Of a stretch of DNA of 64,000 nucleotides, positions 1 to 12,611 are shown piece by piece. The translations under genes were made by a program, and so were the position numbers. The DNA comes from Podarcis erhardii (Eukaryota). Numbering within the stretch: the first letter of the stretch is position 1; every line of letters starts with the position of its first letter. The stretch lies in NCBI GenBank assembly GCA_964252035.1, contig OZ176204.1; one strand, given 5' to 3'. A model generated the notes under the pieces. It saw only the letters and a program-made list of their open reading frames with translations, had not been told where the DNA came from and did not search any database.

Positions 1-821
1 ATGGATTGACTAAGGCTATGTTCCAGTGCGCATGGCATACTACAGAGCACAAGATGGCAAGTATCTGTCCTGAGGGAGCTTGCACAGAGACCAAATGGTC
101 AAATGGTCCCCCCATATATGTTAACTGATAGTGGCTGAGGAATTTTGTATCTTACCTACTGATGCCCAGTGAATGGTCCGCATGTGTTTGGTACTATTGT
201 GCAGACTCTTAACAAATTTAGCCTGAGGTGGATCCTGACCATTAGGAGCACCTTGTGAGTTGCATTGGGCTTTCCAAAGGAAATGTTGGCTATAAAAAGT
301 GCTTGATCTGTTTGCCTTTTAAGCATTGTGTTCTTATTTTTAACATACAAATGTGTTAGATGAACTTATTAACACAGTTAGCATGTTGACGTCTACTCAT
401 ATACTATCAATTTTGTAAGCTGCTGGGTAGCCCAGCTTCGGGGTTTCACTCCCGAAATGAAAATAATTGAATTTCTCTCTTGACTACACAATGAGAAGAA
501 GCTGGATAAATGAGTGCTGTGAAAACATGTTATCTAAGTACAGGGAGCTTTCAGATCCTGCAGAATGTACTCTCTTGCAAAAGTAATTGAAGGAAAATAA
601 ATTAGAAAAACAGACAAGGGAGGCTTAGGCAATCTTAAGCAAAGTAATGATTCATATACTTAATGGACAAGCGCCTTGTTGTGCTACTGTCAACAGTATA
701 TATGTGTACGTTCTAAAGCCACAAAGATGATCCGTATAACTGGACGTCATCACGTCTAAAGAACAGCATCGATCAACATTAGTATTTTGACTATAATATT
801 ATAAATCTAGAAGCAAGTTCA

Positions 822-1239
822 TTATTATTATTATTATTATTTTATTATTTTTCAATACAATCATACAATTTTATCCAAATTTTAACTGATTTTAACAAAG
901 TACAAATTTTGGACTCCCTTCAGCTTCTCTGGTAATCATCCATTTTTACCCTTCAATACGCATTCCTTTAATTGCATTGCCATTTGTCTTCCCTCCCTTT
1001 TCCATTTTCTTTTAACAATAACTCTTAAAATTTTACAGTGCTTCTTGAAACCCCACTAGCGTTGTTTGCACTTCACAAATATTTTTCAGATAATCTACAA
1101 ATTTTCCCCAATCCTCGATGAACTTTTGGTTTCGGACATATCTTATTTTCCCAGTCATTTTGTCCAGTTCCGCATAGTCAGTCAATTTCATTCTCCATTC
1201 TTGGATCATCGGTATTTCCTCTTGTTTCCATTTCTGGGC
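822..1239 (-). mobile_element. 5'-truncated L1 LINE (ORF2 C-terminus, 3'UTR, (TAA)n tail) with 19-bp TSD
   Basis: Minus strand translates FAQKWKQEEIPMIQEWRMKLTDYAELDKMTGKIRYVRNQKFIEDWGKFVDYLKN, resembling squamate L1 ORF2 ends. (TTA)n tail at 822-850. Identical AAATCTAGAAGCAAGTTCA at 803-821 and 1240-1258. Confidence 0.85.
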
Positions 1240-2419
1240 AAATCTAGAAGCAAGTTCAATCCCGCCATATCACAAAATTGGCATCACCTATCTGTATGGA
1301 GCATATGCTTTTGAGTAATGTGAAGCAGGGCTAGCTGCAGGTGTGAAGGGCGGTTGGCTAAGGGACCTTTGGTGGGACTCATCCTACATCAGTGGCCTCC
1401 CTAGCAGTCTTACATGGTAATTCTGGGCATAGCAGCAGTTTGCTATGCACCAGCCACCATTTTAATTTCCAATAGTGCCCTCAAATCTGGCAACACTTTG
1501 GGCCTTGTGGGAAATGAAAAGGGCAACCATGATAATTTCCTACAGTGAGGTGGATTGATGCAATACCAGCGGCACTTCAGAAAATTAAAATAGTGGCTGG
1601 GCAGGCAGCACTGATTAGACAGCTCAGGGCAAGACTCAGCAGTTGGTCTTGCTGGGACCTCAGCAGTTGCTTGATGACGATGCATGTTAATGTTGAGCCT
1701 AGTATGAGGCAAGTGGCAGAGCAGGCCTACCATGTAGCACAGTGAAGCATTGTGCTTCAGGCAGCATGGGGGGCATGAATACAAAAAAGAACAGACTGGT
1801 ATCTGAATAACAGAGCACAAGGCTTTGTAACATGTGGGCCCTACCATAAGACAGTCACCACTTGGGGCTCTGCTTCAGGCAGTAAAATATGTTGAGCTTT
1901 CTGAATGACCCCTCAATGAGAAGAACAGTAGAGGGTCATCCTTGGCTTTCATAGAACATGCCTGAGATAGCAATACTACAAAAGGAAGCAGGAAGTCAAC
2001 ACCAGTGCCACTGTATCTTTTCTTCACAGCAGAATTGTGAGCATAACGTCAGGTTCTACATAGGAAGCCTCCATCCATTTGCCTTCCCTGCTCTGAGGGC
2101 TTTCCAACTTTAAGGTCCAGGTAGTGCAATGAATTGGGTCCCAGGTTATGACCATGAGAATTCTGGTCTGGAGCATTCCCCTTCCCTTTTTTCTGTTTCA
2201 GGTGAGGACTTTGGTAATATGGTAAGGACAAAATTGTGTGTGTGTGTGTGTCCCACCACCATTTCTTATTTTCACAATAATTCATTTGGATACAGTTGCT
2301 GTTTTATGGATCTTCTCAATAGGTAACTCAGTATTCCATCAAACAAACAGGGAGCAAACAGTTGCAAACACAAGAGAGACACAATCTGACAATCTTGGGG
2401 TTGGATACACAGTACGTTT

Positions 2420-2819
2420 CTGAGCACAATTCAAAGTGTTGGTGCTGACCTTTAAAGCCCTAAGCGGCCGCAGCCCAGTATACTGTACCTGAAGGAGAGT
2501 CTTCACCCCCATCGTTCTGCCCAGATACTGAGGTCCAGCTCCGAGGGCCTTCTGGTGGTTCCCTCACTGTGAGAAGCCAAGTTACAGGGAACCAAGCAGA
2601 GGGCCTTCTCGGTAGTGGCGCCCGCCATGTGGAACGCTCTCCCACCAGATGTCAAGGAAATAAAAAACTATCTGACTTTTAGAAGACATCTGAAGGCAGC
2701 CCTGCTTAGGGAAGTTTTTAATGTTTGATGTTCTATTGTGCTTTTAATATTCTGTTGGGAGCCGCCCAGAGTGGCTGGGGAAACCCAGCCAGATGGGCAG
2801 GGTATAAATAAATAAATAA

Positions 2820-2866
<47 letters not shown>
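2420..2866 (+). mobile_element. L2 LINE 3' end with (TTA)n tail
   Basis: Encodes ...QRAFSVVAPAMWNALPPDVKEIKNYLTFRRHLKAAL..., followed by the 3'UTR GGGAGCCGCCCAGAGTGGCTGGGGAAACCCAGCCAGATGGG and a TTA tail. Closely similar to the copies at 18201, 31389 and 41461. Confidence 0.85.
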
Positions 2867-2867
<1 letters not shown>

Positions 2868-3912
2868 TGCACAAAAAAACATCATCTGCCAAGAAAAGCT
2901 GAGTTCAGTGACCTGCCAAAATTAAGCAAAGGTGCATATATTTCCTAAATACATGCCACAAAGAGTATGAACAGCAACAACCCGTGCAGAGCAGTTAAGC
3001 ACCCCTCCCTACATGTGATTCCCCTCTGGCTTCAGAGATTTCACCAGGCACACTTTAAAGCAGGGGAAGGTGCCACTGGGCAGAAAGTATCTGATGGTTC
3101 ATTAATGAACTATTGGAAACTTTTGCTGGAACGCTTCCAAGGATGCTGGACTAGGAAGATCTTGATTTCATCCAACCTGTAAGGCACTTCTTAAGCAAAA
3201 GACCAAACTGAGGTTCACTTAACATAAATTAGTTATGACGTAACTATTAAAAGATCTGGGTTAGGTACTCTTGCTTTATACATTCAAAACTCTCAGGGAT
3301 TCGGGTGAAAGAAAGAAAAGTAGACCCCAAAAGACTTGAGTCTGCCCACCTAACATTTAAACCTACCTTCAATGTAAACTTGCTTTTCAGAGACAAAAGT
3401 GGGGAGTCTCAGGATGCTGTATTTTCAGAATGCTAGTACATATCACACTTGCAGATATTTGTGGGATGCACTGAGCTCTGGCTGGCTTCCTAATTCTAAA
3501 AAAAATCCACTGAGGGGCAAACTACATGTTACACAGAGTATCATGGATTTTCTTTTCTTTTAATGAGAAGCATCTATAATAAGAAGTGAGGAGGTTATGC
3601 CTCAGCTGATGATGAGGATATTCCTCACTTTCCCCCCTAACTGATGGTGGTTTCTCACAAAATGGCACCATCCCATGTCACTTCTCCCACATGCATAAAC
3701 ACCCCCCATGGGGGAGGGGATACACATTCCTGTATGCCTATATAGAGAATAAATAGGATCAATGCCCTATTCCAAGCTAAAAACAACGACAACAACCCTC
3801 TCCAAAGACAGCTTCAGCTTGCTTGCCAACCTTTTTTTTTCTTCTAATGCTAATGTCTCCCTGTTATCTATTCCGAAGAAATCCACACTGTCTCTAACTG
3901 CCTTTTTGCTAG

Positions 3913-3999
3913 ATTGTTTCCCTTCGATAATTCAGACTCCACCATGTCATGAGTTTGGAATCCAAGATTTCCTTCTGCCCCCGAAGTCTAGATTACGAG
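3913..3999 (+). other. Candidate internal exon (87 nt) of an unidentified gene
   Basis: Acceptor tctctaactgcctttttgctag| with CTAAC branch motif; donor GAG|gtgagc; length divisible by 3. Open as (D)CFPSIIQTPPCHEFGIQDFLLPPKSRLR, or from ATG 3949 as MSLESKISFCPRSLDYE. I recognise no homolog. Confidence 0.4.
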
Positions 4000-5051
4000 G
4001 TGAGCTATAGGTCTGGGTGTTAGAAAGGTATTTCTCTCTCCAGCCTGAAGCAAAACATTTCTAAATTGATGTGAAGAGGTAAAAAAAACAAACAAAAAAA
4101 AAAAACTAGCAGTATTTTTCTGATTCATTATCACTGGCACATTGAGATTTTCATTGTAACGTAATATGTATAAGGACCCTAACAACGGTATGTTCTTATT
4201 TTTGCCATCAACATGTTTTGCAAGCATTGATTTTCTCAGGCAACAAAACACTCCCTCAAAGAAACAGGATGTTATGCATTGTAGAAATGTCTCCTAAATT
4301 TGCTTGTTTTGTGTTTAAATGCTTTCTTTAAAGAAAAGTATAGCTCAAAGGATGTGCATGTTGGGTGTGTTTTTTTAATAGATTCAATACATTTGTGTGT
4401 GTTTTTCTTGCACCCATGAACTGAACTCTCCCTGATACAGCAACAGTTTTCCATTGTCCTGTAAGCATTGTTCCTACCCACCAGCATGCAGTGTGCCCTA
4501 TTCCCCCAGTGAAAGCAACCAAGGAAGGTTATTATAATGTATGCCAAATCATTATTCAAAATGTTGCAGATAATTTCCCCATCATTTTCGTGTTCCTATG
4601 GCAGCATGGCGCAATCTCTCTCCTCCTACATAAGGCTCTGTAGAACAAGAAAAAGATTGCTGTAATCCTTTTCTTCCCATGACACTCGAGAACTGTAATC
4701 TTCTTGCTATGTTAGTGGCAAATTCCTATCTGTTAATGTCAAGCCTGACTTTACAAGGAAAAGTTCCTGCAAGCCTTCATTGTATTGGTAAATAGCTATG
4801 GGAGGTTGAAAAAAGTGGGGGCAGCCCAAAGCAAGGCTGAAGATTGAATCCAAAGCTATAATTCAGTTGTGAATTTGACATGCCCTTTTACGTGGGGATT
4901 TTAATTGAATTATGGCCTGTTATACCATTGCATTTAAGGGTATTCATGCACAAATTTAAGGAATATAGAAATGCACTACATAGAAAGCTGCTTCATACTG
5001 AACCTGATCATTGATCCAGTTGTAGTCCAAAATATCTGGAAGATACGGTAT

Positions 5052-5072
5052 AACAACAACAACAGCAACAGC

Positions 5073-5119
<47 letters not shown>

Positions 5120-5120
5120 C
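5052..5120. repeat. (CAA)n microsatellite
   Basis: Direct reading; two CAG interruptions. Confidence 0.95.
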
Positions 5121-5171
5121 GGGATATTCAAATAGCCAGCATAGCTGTAGATCAGCCTCAACACAATGGTC

Positions 5172-5205
<34 letters not shown>

Positions 5206-5207
<2 letters not shown>

Positions 5208-5774
5208 GGTGACAGCAGTCACGAAATTAAAAGATGCCTGCTCCTTGGGAGAAAGGCGATGGCAAACCTAGACAGCATCTTAAAAAGCAGACACATCACC
5301 TTGCCAACAAAGGTCCGTATAGTTAAAGCCATGGCTTTCCCAGTAGTGATGTATGGAAGTGAGAGCTGGACCATAAAGAAGGCTGATCGCCGAAGAATTG
5401 ATGCTTTTGAATTATGGTGCTGGAGGAGACTCTTGAGAGTCCCATGGACTGCAAGAAGATCAAACGTATCCATTCTGAAGGAAATCAGCCCTGAGTGCTC
5501 ACTGGAAGGACAGATCGTGAAGCTGAGGCTCCAATACTTTGGCCACCTCATGAGAAGAGAAGACTCCCTGGAAAAGACCCTGATGTTGGGAAAGACTGAG
5601 GGCACAAGAAGAAGGGGTCAACAGAGGACGAGATGGTTGGACAGTGTTCTCGAAGCTACAAACAGGAGTCTGACCAAACTGCAGGAGGCAGTGGAAGACA
5701 GGAGTGCCTGGCGTGCTCTGGTCCATGGGGTCACGAAGAGTCGGACACGACTAAATGACTAAACAACAACAACA
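5206..5774 (+). mobile_element. Bov-B (RTE) LINE, 5'-truncated, ORF end uninterrupted
   Basis: ORF 5166-5762 reads EIKRCLLLGRKAMANLDSILKSRHITLPTKVRIVKAM...HGVTKSRTRLND, the Bov-B RT C-terminal region. (CAA)n tail. Flanked by TTA repeats on both sides. Confidence 0.95.
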
Positions 5775-7036
5775 AAATTATTATTATTTTATTTAAAAGA
5801 CACAACTTAATCCTTTCCCACCCCAAAGTCTCAGCAGCGGTAACAAAAGTAATTGAGTGTTGTTTGGAGAAGACCAACAACAGATTTTTTACAGCATTAT
5901 CCAGTGCTGTTTTTCTTTTAAAAAATCTTTAGGGATACTCTCATTTTCCTAATCATATTGAAATACTGCCCCTCAATGAGGCCAAACTTAGACTCACAAA
6001 ATGTTTAGGGGTATGCTTACCCTTATCTTCTCCTCTCCTCAACCTTTTCTGTTTTAAAGGAGGCAAGGAAAAGTTTTATGACAGGATATTACCAGAGGAA
6101 ATGTGTGTGAAACAGACATCTTGATATGGAATTTTCTGCCTAAGGCACATTTTGTTCTTGAATGGCTCATGTGTGGTATTATCTAGATCTCACTCTCTGT
6201 CTTCATTCTATTTCTCTGTTGCCCCCTTCTTTTTTAAGATTATAAAGAAAATGTGCAAGACCATTAGATTAACACAAAGATACGGATAGGTTGGCTTTAG
6301 AGGCAGAGAAGTTAGAGAAAACAATGTCCCTATAGCAACCATAACTCAGCCATGGGGCACCTAGAATGTCTTTTGGTACTGCACAGGATGTTAATTTCAT
6401 TGCTCTGTCCTTCATTGCAGAGTGTGACCAAGATGCTATGGGGCTCAGGCTGATAAAAGAGTAGACTTGAATGGCCTGACTTCAGCATGAACTGCGTCAA
6501 TAAAATAATAAAAATGAAAATCCACTCACACAACAGCTCTGTCAGATACAAAAGAGTGGGGCAGAGATTCTAAAATTTGTTTGCTGAGCAATCTGAACCT
6601 CTGATCTGCTGTAGCAGACAGAGTTTGGATGTTGCAGAGGTGCCCCTCCCCCTGTCCCTGCTAAGTTTCACCTGTGTGGACCTCCACCCCGGTGGAGATC
6701 ACAGCTGCATCCACCAAAAGTGTGGGTGGAAGGTAATTCCAGAGGAAACCCTTGAATGAGCAAGGGGAGAGGAAAGGGATGTAGCTGGACAAGCCAAAGA
6801 TCCGCTGGATGCTAAGACAGCCCAGCTACTAGTGATGGACCCAATCTGGACCTCTCCCTTGTGCTAGAGTGCACACAACAAAAAATGGGACAGAACCACC
6901 CCACCCCATTCACTGTGGGCAGTGCAAACAGCAGGGCTTCAGATACAATAGAGATTTACTCTGCTACTCTGTTCAGCCCTTCACTTTCCTTACTTTATCC
7001 CAAAGACTTTTGGGTCAGACTGGAGTTGTAACCCAT

Positions 7037-7412
7037 TAGCGATGGGCAAACCTGTCAATTTTGGTTTCTCACTTTTCCACAATAGTTGTTGTTTTTTTAA
7101 GTCCTCATGAAAATTCACCAGAATTTTAGTGTTGATTTCTCCTCCCATATACATTTTTTGCATGCTGTTTTGCCTAAAAAACACATTTTGTGCAAAACAT
7201 TTCTCCTAAGAAGTTATTTTCAGTCATATATGCATTCATGCCCACACTTTATTTGAATTTGTGTACACATGACTTGGTTGAAGAACTGCATTGCAAATTC
7301 AGAGAAGTGCCGATTTTGAAGGATGGTTGCATTTTGAGTTCGCTTATTGTTTCAGGTAGTATAAATTGGGTAGGTTCAGTGCAAACTGAATCAAATTCAT
7401 GCTCCATCCCTA
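7037..7412. mobile_element. Non-autonomous DNA transposon (MITE), old copy
   Basis: Termini TAGCGATGG / CCATCCCTA are inverted. The internal segment (caaattcagagaagtg...aaggatgg) recurs at about 44755-45123. Confidence 0.6.
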
Positions 7413-8627
7413 CCTGTTAACTGGTGTAGCCTTACCTTGTATGTAGGGCACACAACATATTCACCAACATCATTTTAGGGGTATCTTTGACAAAAACGAT
7501 TCATGGGTGCACATCATGATTATAAGAGGAACTCAATGGGGGGGGGATGGGTGCAGCCATCACTGCAATTTACATTCACAAGCTCACAAGAGTTCCAGTG
7601 AACTCAGCAAGCAAACAGACAGAAACCAGAGATGAAATGAGGTCCCACCAGCATCCAATCTCATTCATCATGGTTTGTTAACATAACAGAAAACAGACTC
7701 TTTTCCATCAGTGGATGAGGATGTATTAGGTTGGAAGGCATGACAAAACATAAAGCTCTTAAACCCCCACACTCCTTCTTTTATATTGTCAAAGGGAAGG
7801 GGGGAAATGCCATTAGGAAAATTCCAGAACTTTAGGTCTGTCTCGTCTTGTAGAGGTAATGCATATTGGAAATGGCATTTGCTTGTGCTTTGAGAGGGCT
7901 CCATTTGCAGCCATTATAGATTTGTTCCAACAATTATGTCATCACCCAAAGCAGCCACCTTTAAATCCAGAGTAATCTCTGGCAAGGCAAGGCAAGGTAG
8001 GAAATTCTCCTGTGCGTGATTGCGAGGACTGTGAGTTAGGAAATGCTCCGCTCTCTGTTACAGGCGGCAGAAAAGAAAAAAGGAGCAGACTTTCAGAGGC
8101 CTCTTCCGAGAAAGGATACAGGTCTCTGCACCCTTTGTGATGCCTTTAGGAGGAAATAAAGTAATGTGTGCTCAGTTACATCAGTATCAAAAGGAGAGGA
8201 GCAAAAAGAGCTGAGGTGACAAATGGGCTGCTTCATTCAGCAGTATACTTCCCAATACTTTGTTCTTCCTCAAAGAGGGAGATGACATATTCCCCTAAAC
8301 ACAAAAGGTATATGTCAGCAGGCAGGCTACACCCGCTGAATACACTTCTCTCAGAGCTCCATTGCTGAAATGTATGGGAAAGGAAGAAAGTATCTTCCGC
8401 CCTACCCCACCCCATTCTGTCAGTAATTTATATAGTACTTGGTTGAGTGACTTCCTCTAGGTGAAAGCTGTTACTTCAGTTGCTGGTGTGATGCTCCCAT
8501 GCCAGAGGCGTGCATTTTGGGTGGTGAGCCACAAAACCATTGTTGCTAGCAGTGTGACATCACCACAAGGCATCAGAAACAATTAACTCCTGGAGGTGTC
8601 TGCAGTAGCTGCAGAAACTACGTATCC

Positions 8628-8763
8628 CAGGCTTCTCAACCTCGGCCCTCCAGCTGTTTTGAGACTAAAATTCCCATCATCCCTGACCACTGGTCCTGCT
8701 AGCTAGGGATCATGGGAGTTGTAGGCCAAAAACATCTGGAGGGCCGAGGTTGAGGAAGCCTAG
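8628..8763. mobile_element. Palindromic hAT-like MITE
   Basis: CAGGCTTCTCAACCTCGGCCCTCCAG ... CTGGAGGGCCGAGGTTGAGGAAGCCT inverted termini. Related decayed copies at about 11205-11330 and 20696-21190. Confidence 0.75.
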
Positions 8764-8790
8764 CTTATCCCTTAGGAATACCTGCTGGTC

Positions 8791-9043
8791 AGAAGAAGAA
8801 GAAGAAGAGTTTGGATTTGATATCCTGCTTTATCACTACCCTAAGGAGTCTCAAAGCGGCTAACATTTTCCTTTCCCTTCCTCCCCCACAACAAACACTC
8901 TGTGAGGTGAGTGGGGCTGAGAGACTTCAGAGAAGTGTGACTAGCCCAAGGTCACCCAGCAGCTGCATGTGGAGGAGCGGAGACGCAAACCCGGTTCACC
9001 AAATTACGAGTCTACCACTCTTAACCACTACACCACATTGGCT
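8791..9043 (-). mobile_element. tRNA-derived CORE-type (MIR/Ther1-like) SINE with (TTC)n tail
   Basis: Minus strand begins AGCCAATGTGGTGTAGTGGTTAAGAG (A box), contains CORE-like GTGACCTTGGGCTAGTCAC, and ends in TTC repeats. Confidence 0.8.
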
Positions 9044-9160
9044 TTCAAGGATATTTGCAGCCGCTGCTTTGTCTAGCTCAGGAGTGGAAAACTCTCTTCA
9101 TATTCTCTTGTGGCTAACCTGCAAGGAGCCATAACCGCATAGTAGAAAGAGGGGAATAAT

Positions 9161-9854
9161 TGTCATGGGTCAGGAGTCAGCTTCACCTGCTGAATAGCAG
9201 CATGAAGAGGGAGAAGGCAGCGTGACTCCACCTGCAGCTGATCAGCCTTCAAGGAGAGGGAGGAGAAGTTACTCAGGAGAACCAGCTGGCTTCAGCCTTC
9301 TTAAGCAGAGCTTCCAGCAGCAGTCAGATGTTGGTAACAATGCCTGTGGTTCCCAGCCCTACCTTGCTGCTTCCTGCTTTCTGCCTGGACCCTTGGCTTT
9401 GTGATTATTGGGTTGTCCGACTATGCAGATTGCTGTTTGCCCAACCCTAGGAAAGCCCTGACTTCATATGCTGACCCTGCCTCCAGGCAAGCACACCTCA
9501 GAGATTCTTTATCTTCTGTTTGCTTGGCCTCACACTCCACAGAGTTCTGCATGCTGTTGCTCGGCAATGGGACTATGACAAAAGTGGGCGGAGCAAAGGA
9601 TGTGACTGTACAGTAAGCTACCTTCTAGCCACACAGAAGTCAGGGGCCTCTCCATCAAGGCAAACCAGAGGCATTATCACAGTTCAATGACATATTCTTA
9701 ACAAGCAAAAACACATAAGACAAAGAGAAATGTTGGTGAGGGATGCGGCTTAAGGAAAGGGAGTGTGACCTGGGAAGTTTATGTTCCTACGTTCTAGGAA
9801 GAGTCCTGAATACTTCACAGAGAGGCCTGGAGGTCACAGGTCACACCCCTGACA
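9161..9854. mobile_element. Solo LTR-like element
   Basis: Termini TGTCATGGG ... CCCCTGACA (8/9 inverted); 694 bp; no ORF of note; no matching TSD. Confidence 0.55.
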
Positions 9855-9904
9855 TAGACCAAGGGCAGCTTGTGACCAAGCTAGACACAACCCCCATCCA
9901 TATA

Positions 9905-10121
9905 CAGTGGTACCTCAGGTTACATACGCTTCAGGTTATGGACCCAGAAATATTTCCTCGGGTTAAGAACTTTGCTTCAGGATGAGAACAGAAATTGTGC
10001 TCCGGCGGCATGGCAGCAGCAGGAGACCCCATTAGCTAAAGTGGTGCTTCAGGTTAAGAACAGTTTCAGGTTAAGTACAGACCTCCGGAACGAATTAAGT
10101 ACTTAACCCGAGGTACCACTG
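9905..10121. mobile_element. Tc1/mariner-superfamily MITE with TA TSD
   Basis: TA|CAGTGGTACCTC ... GAGGTACCACTG|TA. Same family at 36600-36847 and 52732-52973. Confidence 0.9.
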
Positions 10122-10937
10122 TATGGTAGTCCAGTGGGACTTCTATAAACCAACAACTTTGCTGCCTGCCTGCATCTGCAGAATGGGGAGATTGACAATC
10201 AGCTGGCAGGTCACACTTGACGGCTGGCTGGGCTGCATTTGGCTTGGTGGCTCACCAGTTGTACACATTTAAGGTTGAACTGCCAACTTTTCCCCCTGAT
10301 AGGGCTCCTGGGCTTTTGATACGACAGCAGAAACTCAGCTGGTTCATATTTTCCTGACCCAACGATACAATATGGGATTGGCCCCACCAGTCCAAATTCA
10401 ATTGGGCAGGCAGCCCCTGAAAGCACAGGGTTAGGCAGCCCTAACTCAAGACATCATGAATGCCAACCTTGACAAAAGGCAATTAGCTTATTCTGCCAGA
10501 CTGGCTTAAGCCATTGCATGTTTCCCTCCCTGTGACAATAATTTAGCTGCAAGATAGTTAGCTACAAACAATAACTCAGTTGTGTGGGTTGTAGTGCAAT
10601 ACGTGGCAATATTTTCCCCTTTCCCCAAGAATGCAACAAAGATTATAGAGGGCTCATTTGAGCTATTTGAAGTAGTGATGTATGTAACACATCAAAGGCA
10701 GTTTAGAAAATGACAAAGAAGAAGAAAGAAAAAGGGGGGGCACTTCCCACACAAACATGTCATTTGCACTTAATGGGGCTATTTTAAGTTAATTTTGGCA
10801 CTGCATTAAACTAACTACACTTGTTGACATTTATAGCGTATCTGAGGGAAAAGTGTGTTTTTTCTGTAATGAAAGCTCTTGTTTCACTCTCCCTCTCCAG
10901 CCTTCTAATAATAAATAATTAACTTAAATAAGGCATG

Positions 10938-10961
10938 CACACACACACACACACACACATG

Positions 10962-10993
<32 letters not shown>
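10938..10993. repeat. (CA)n microsatellite, interrupted
   Basis: Direct reading. Confidence 0.95.
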
Positions 10994-10995
<2 letters not shown>

Positions 10996-11520
10996 TGCTT
11001 TGCCTCCCATATAGCAATTTGAGAGTGCAGCAACCTCGTCAAAGCACTGAATTTCTCAAACTTTTTCAGCTTGTCTCATCTTCTACCCTGATAATATCAG
11101 GCATTCATTTGTGAGGGGAGGGGACCATAGCTCAGTAGTATAGTGCATGCTATGGAATACATAAGAACCTGCTTTTAACCCCTTGTCTCCTCAATGAATG
11201 CAGGAATGGGGTATCTCCATTTCTCTGCAGGACTATAACTCCCATGATCCTTAACCATTGGCCATGCTGGCTGGGTCTGATGGGAGTTGGAGTCCAACAA
11301 TATCTAGAGAGTCACAGGTTCCCCATCCATGAACGAAAGGTTTTCAAGTGGTAGAACTGAGAAAGCTTACACCATAGAACCAGAAAAACCACTGCAATTC
11401 ATGGCAGATACCGTAATACTGGTCTCAGTGGAGCAATGGCAGGTTCATGTGCTCATGTCTCTCTATAGTCCCCTAAGTACTCACAGACCAACTGAGGCAG
11501 TCAGATAAAATTTCTTATTT

Positions 11521-11556
<36 letters not shown>

Positions 11557-12033
11557 CCTCTTAGAGAGATATTGTGTCATTTAACTGATGCAACATCAGC
11601 AGTCTGTTACTATGCTTCTGAAATGTCAGTCAGCATGCTGCACTAATTGATATCTCATTAACACACTACAGTGGCATTGCTTGACACCCATTCAACATCT
11701 AAACAGTCCTTTCAACTTTATTACTCTAATAAGGCAGTAATTGTGTGCTCATTGTTTCTGTAGTTTTCGAGATAAGGCCATGCCAAGCGTATATCCAGCT
11801 CTCATTACGCTCACCGAAGCTCAATGAGCTCCATTGGAGAGATATCAATATTTAATTAATAATAATTGCCGTTGTGCTGCCAAACAAATCACTTGTATAA
11901 TTCATGTTTAAAGGCAGTTAAAGGAAGTTTGCACAAAATGGATATTCCCTGCACAGGCAAAGCAGTGAGATATTAGTGAAATTGGGACATGAGAAAGGCT
12001 CTGGAAGTGGGCCTGAAAGTGCTACAAAGGGTA

Positions 12034-12611
12034 AGGTAAAGGTAAAGGTAAAGGTAAAGGTAAAGGTAAAGGGACCCCTGACCATTAGGTCCAGTCGTGA
12101 CCGACTCTGGGCTTCGGCGATCATCTCGCTTTATTGGGCGAGGGAGCCGGCGTACAGCTTCTGGCCAGCATGACTAAGCCGCTGCTGGTGAACTAAAGCA
12201 GCGCACGGAAATGCCATTTACCTTCCCGCCGGAGCGGTACCTATTTATCTACTTGCACTTAGACGTGCTTTCGAACTGCCAGGTTGGCAGGAGCAGGGAC
12301 TGAGCAACAGGAGCTCACCCCGTTGCAGGGATTCGAACCACCAACCTTTTGATCAGCAAGTCCTAGGCTCTGTGGTTTAACCCACAGCGCCACCCGCATC
12401 CCACAGAGCAGTGCACAGAAACGCCGTTTACCTTCTCGCCAGAGCAGTACCTATTTATCTACTTGCACTTTGAGGTGCTTTCGAACTGCTAGGTTGGCAG
12501 GAGCAGGGACCGAGCAACCGGAGCTCACCCCGTCGCGTGAATTTGAACCGCCGACCTTCTGATCAGCAAGTCCTAGGCTCTGTGGTTTAATCCACAGTGC
12601 CCCCACGTCGC
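12034..12611 (-). mobile_element. Sauria SINE, full copy preceded by a second 5'-half copy, with expanded (ACCTTT)n tail
   Basis: (GGTAAA)n at about 12030-12070. Full SINE to about 12402. Segment 12406-12610 repeats 12197-12402. Imperfect 14-bp flanking repeats at 12020-12033 and 12612-12625. Confidence 0.9.

Noticed and set aside
156-289. Possible 134-nt minus-strand exon (QHFLWKAQCNSQGAPNGQDPPQAKFVKSLHNSTKHMRTIHWASV) with a TAG|gtaaga donor
   Set aside because: Short pyrimidine tract, peptide not recognised, and an open frame of this size is expected by chance.
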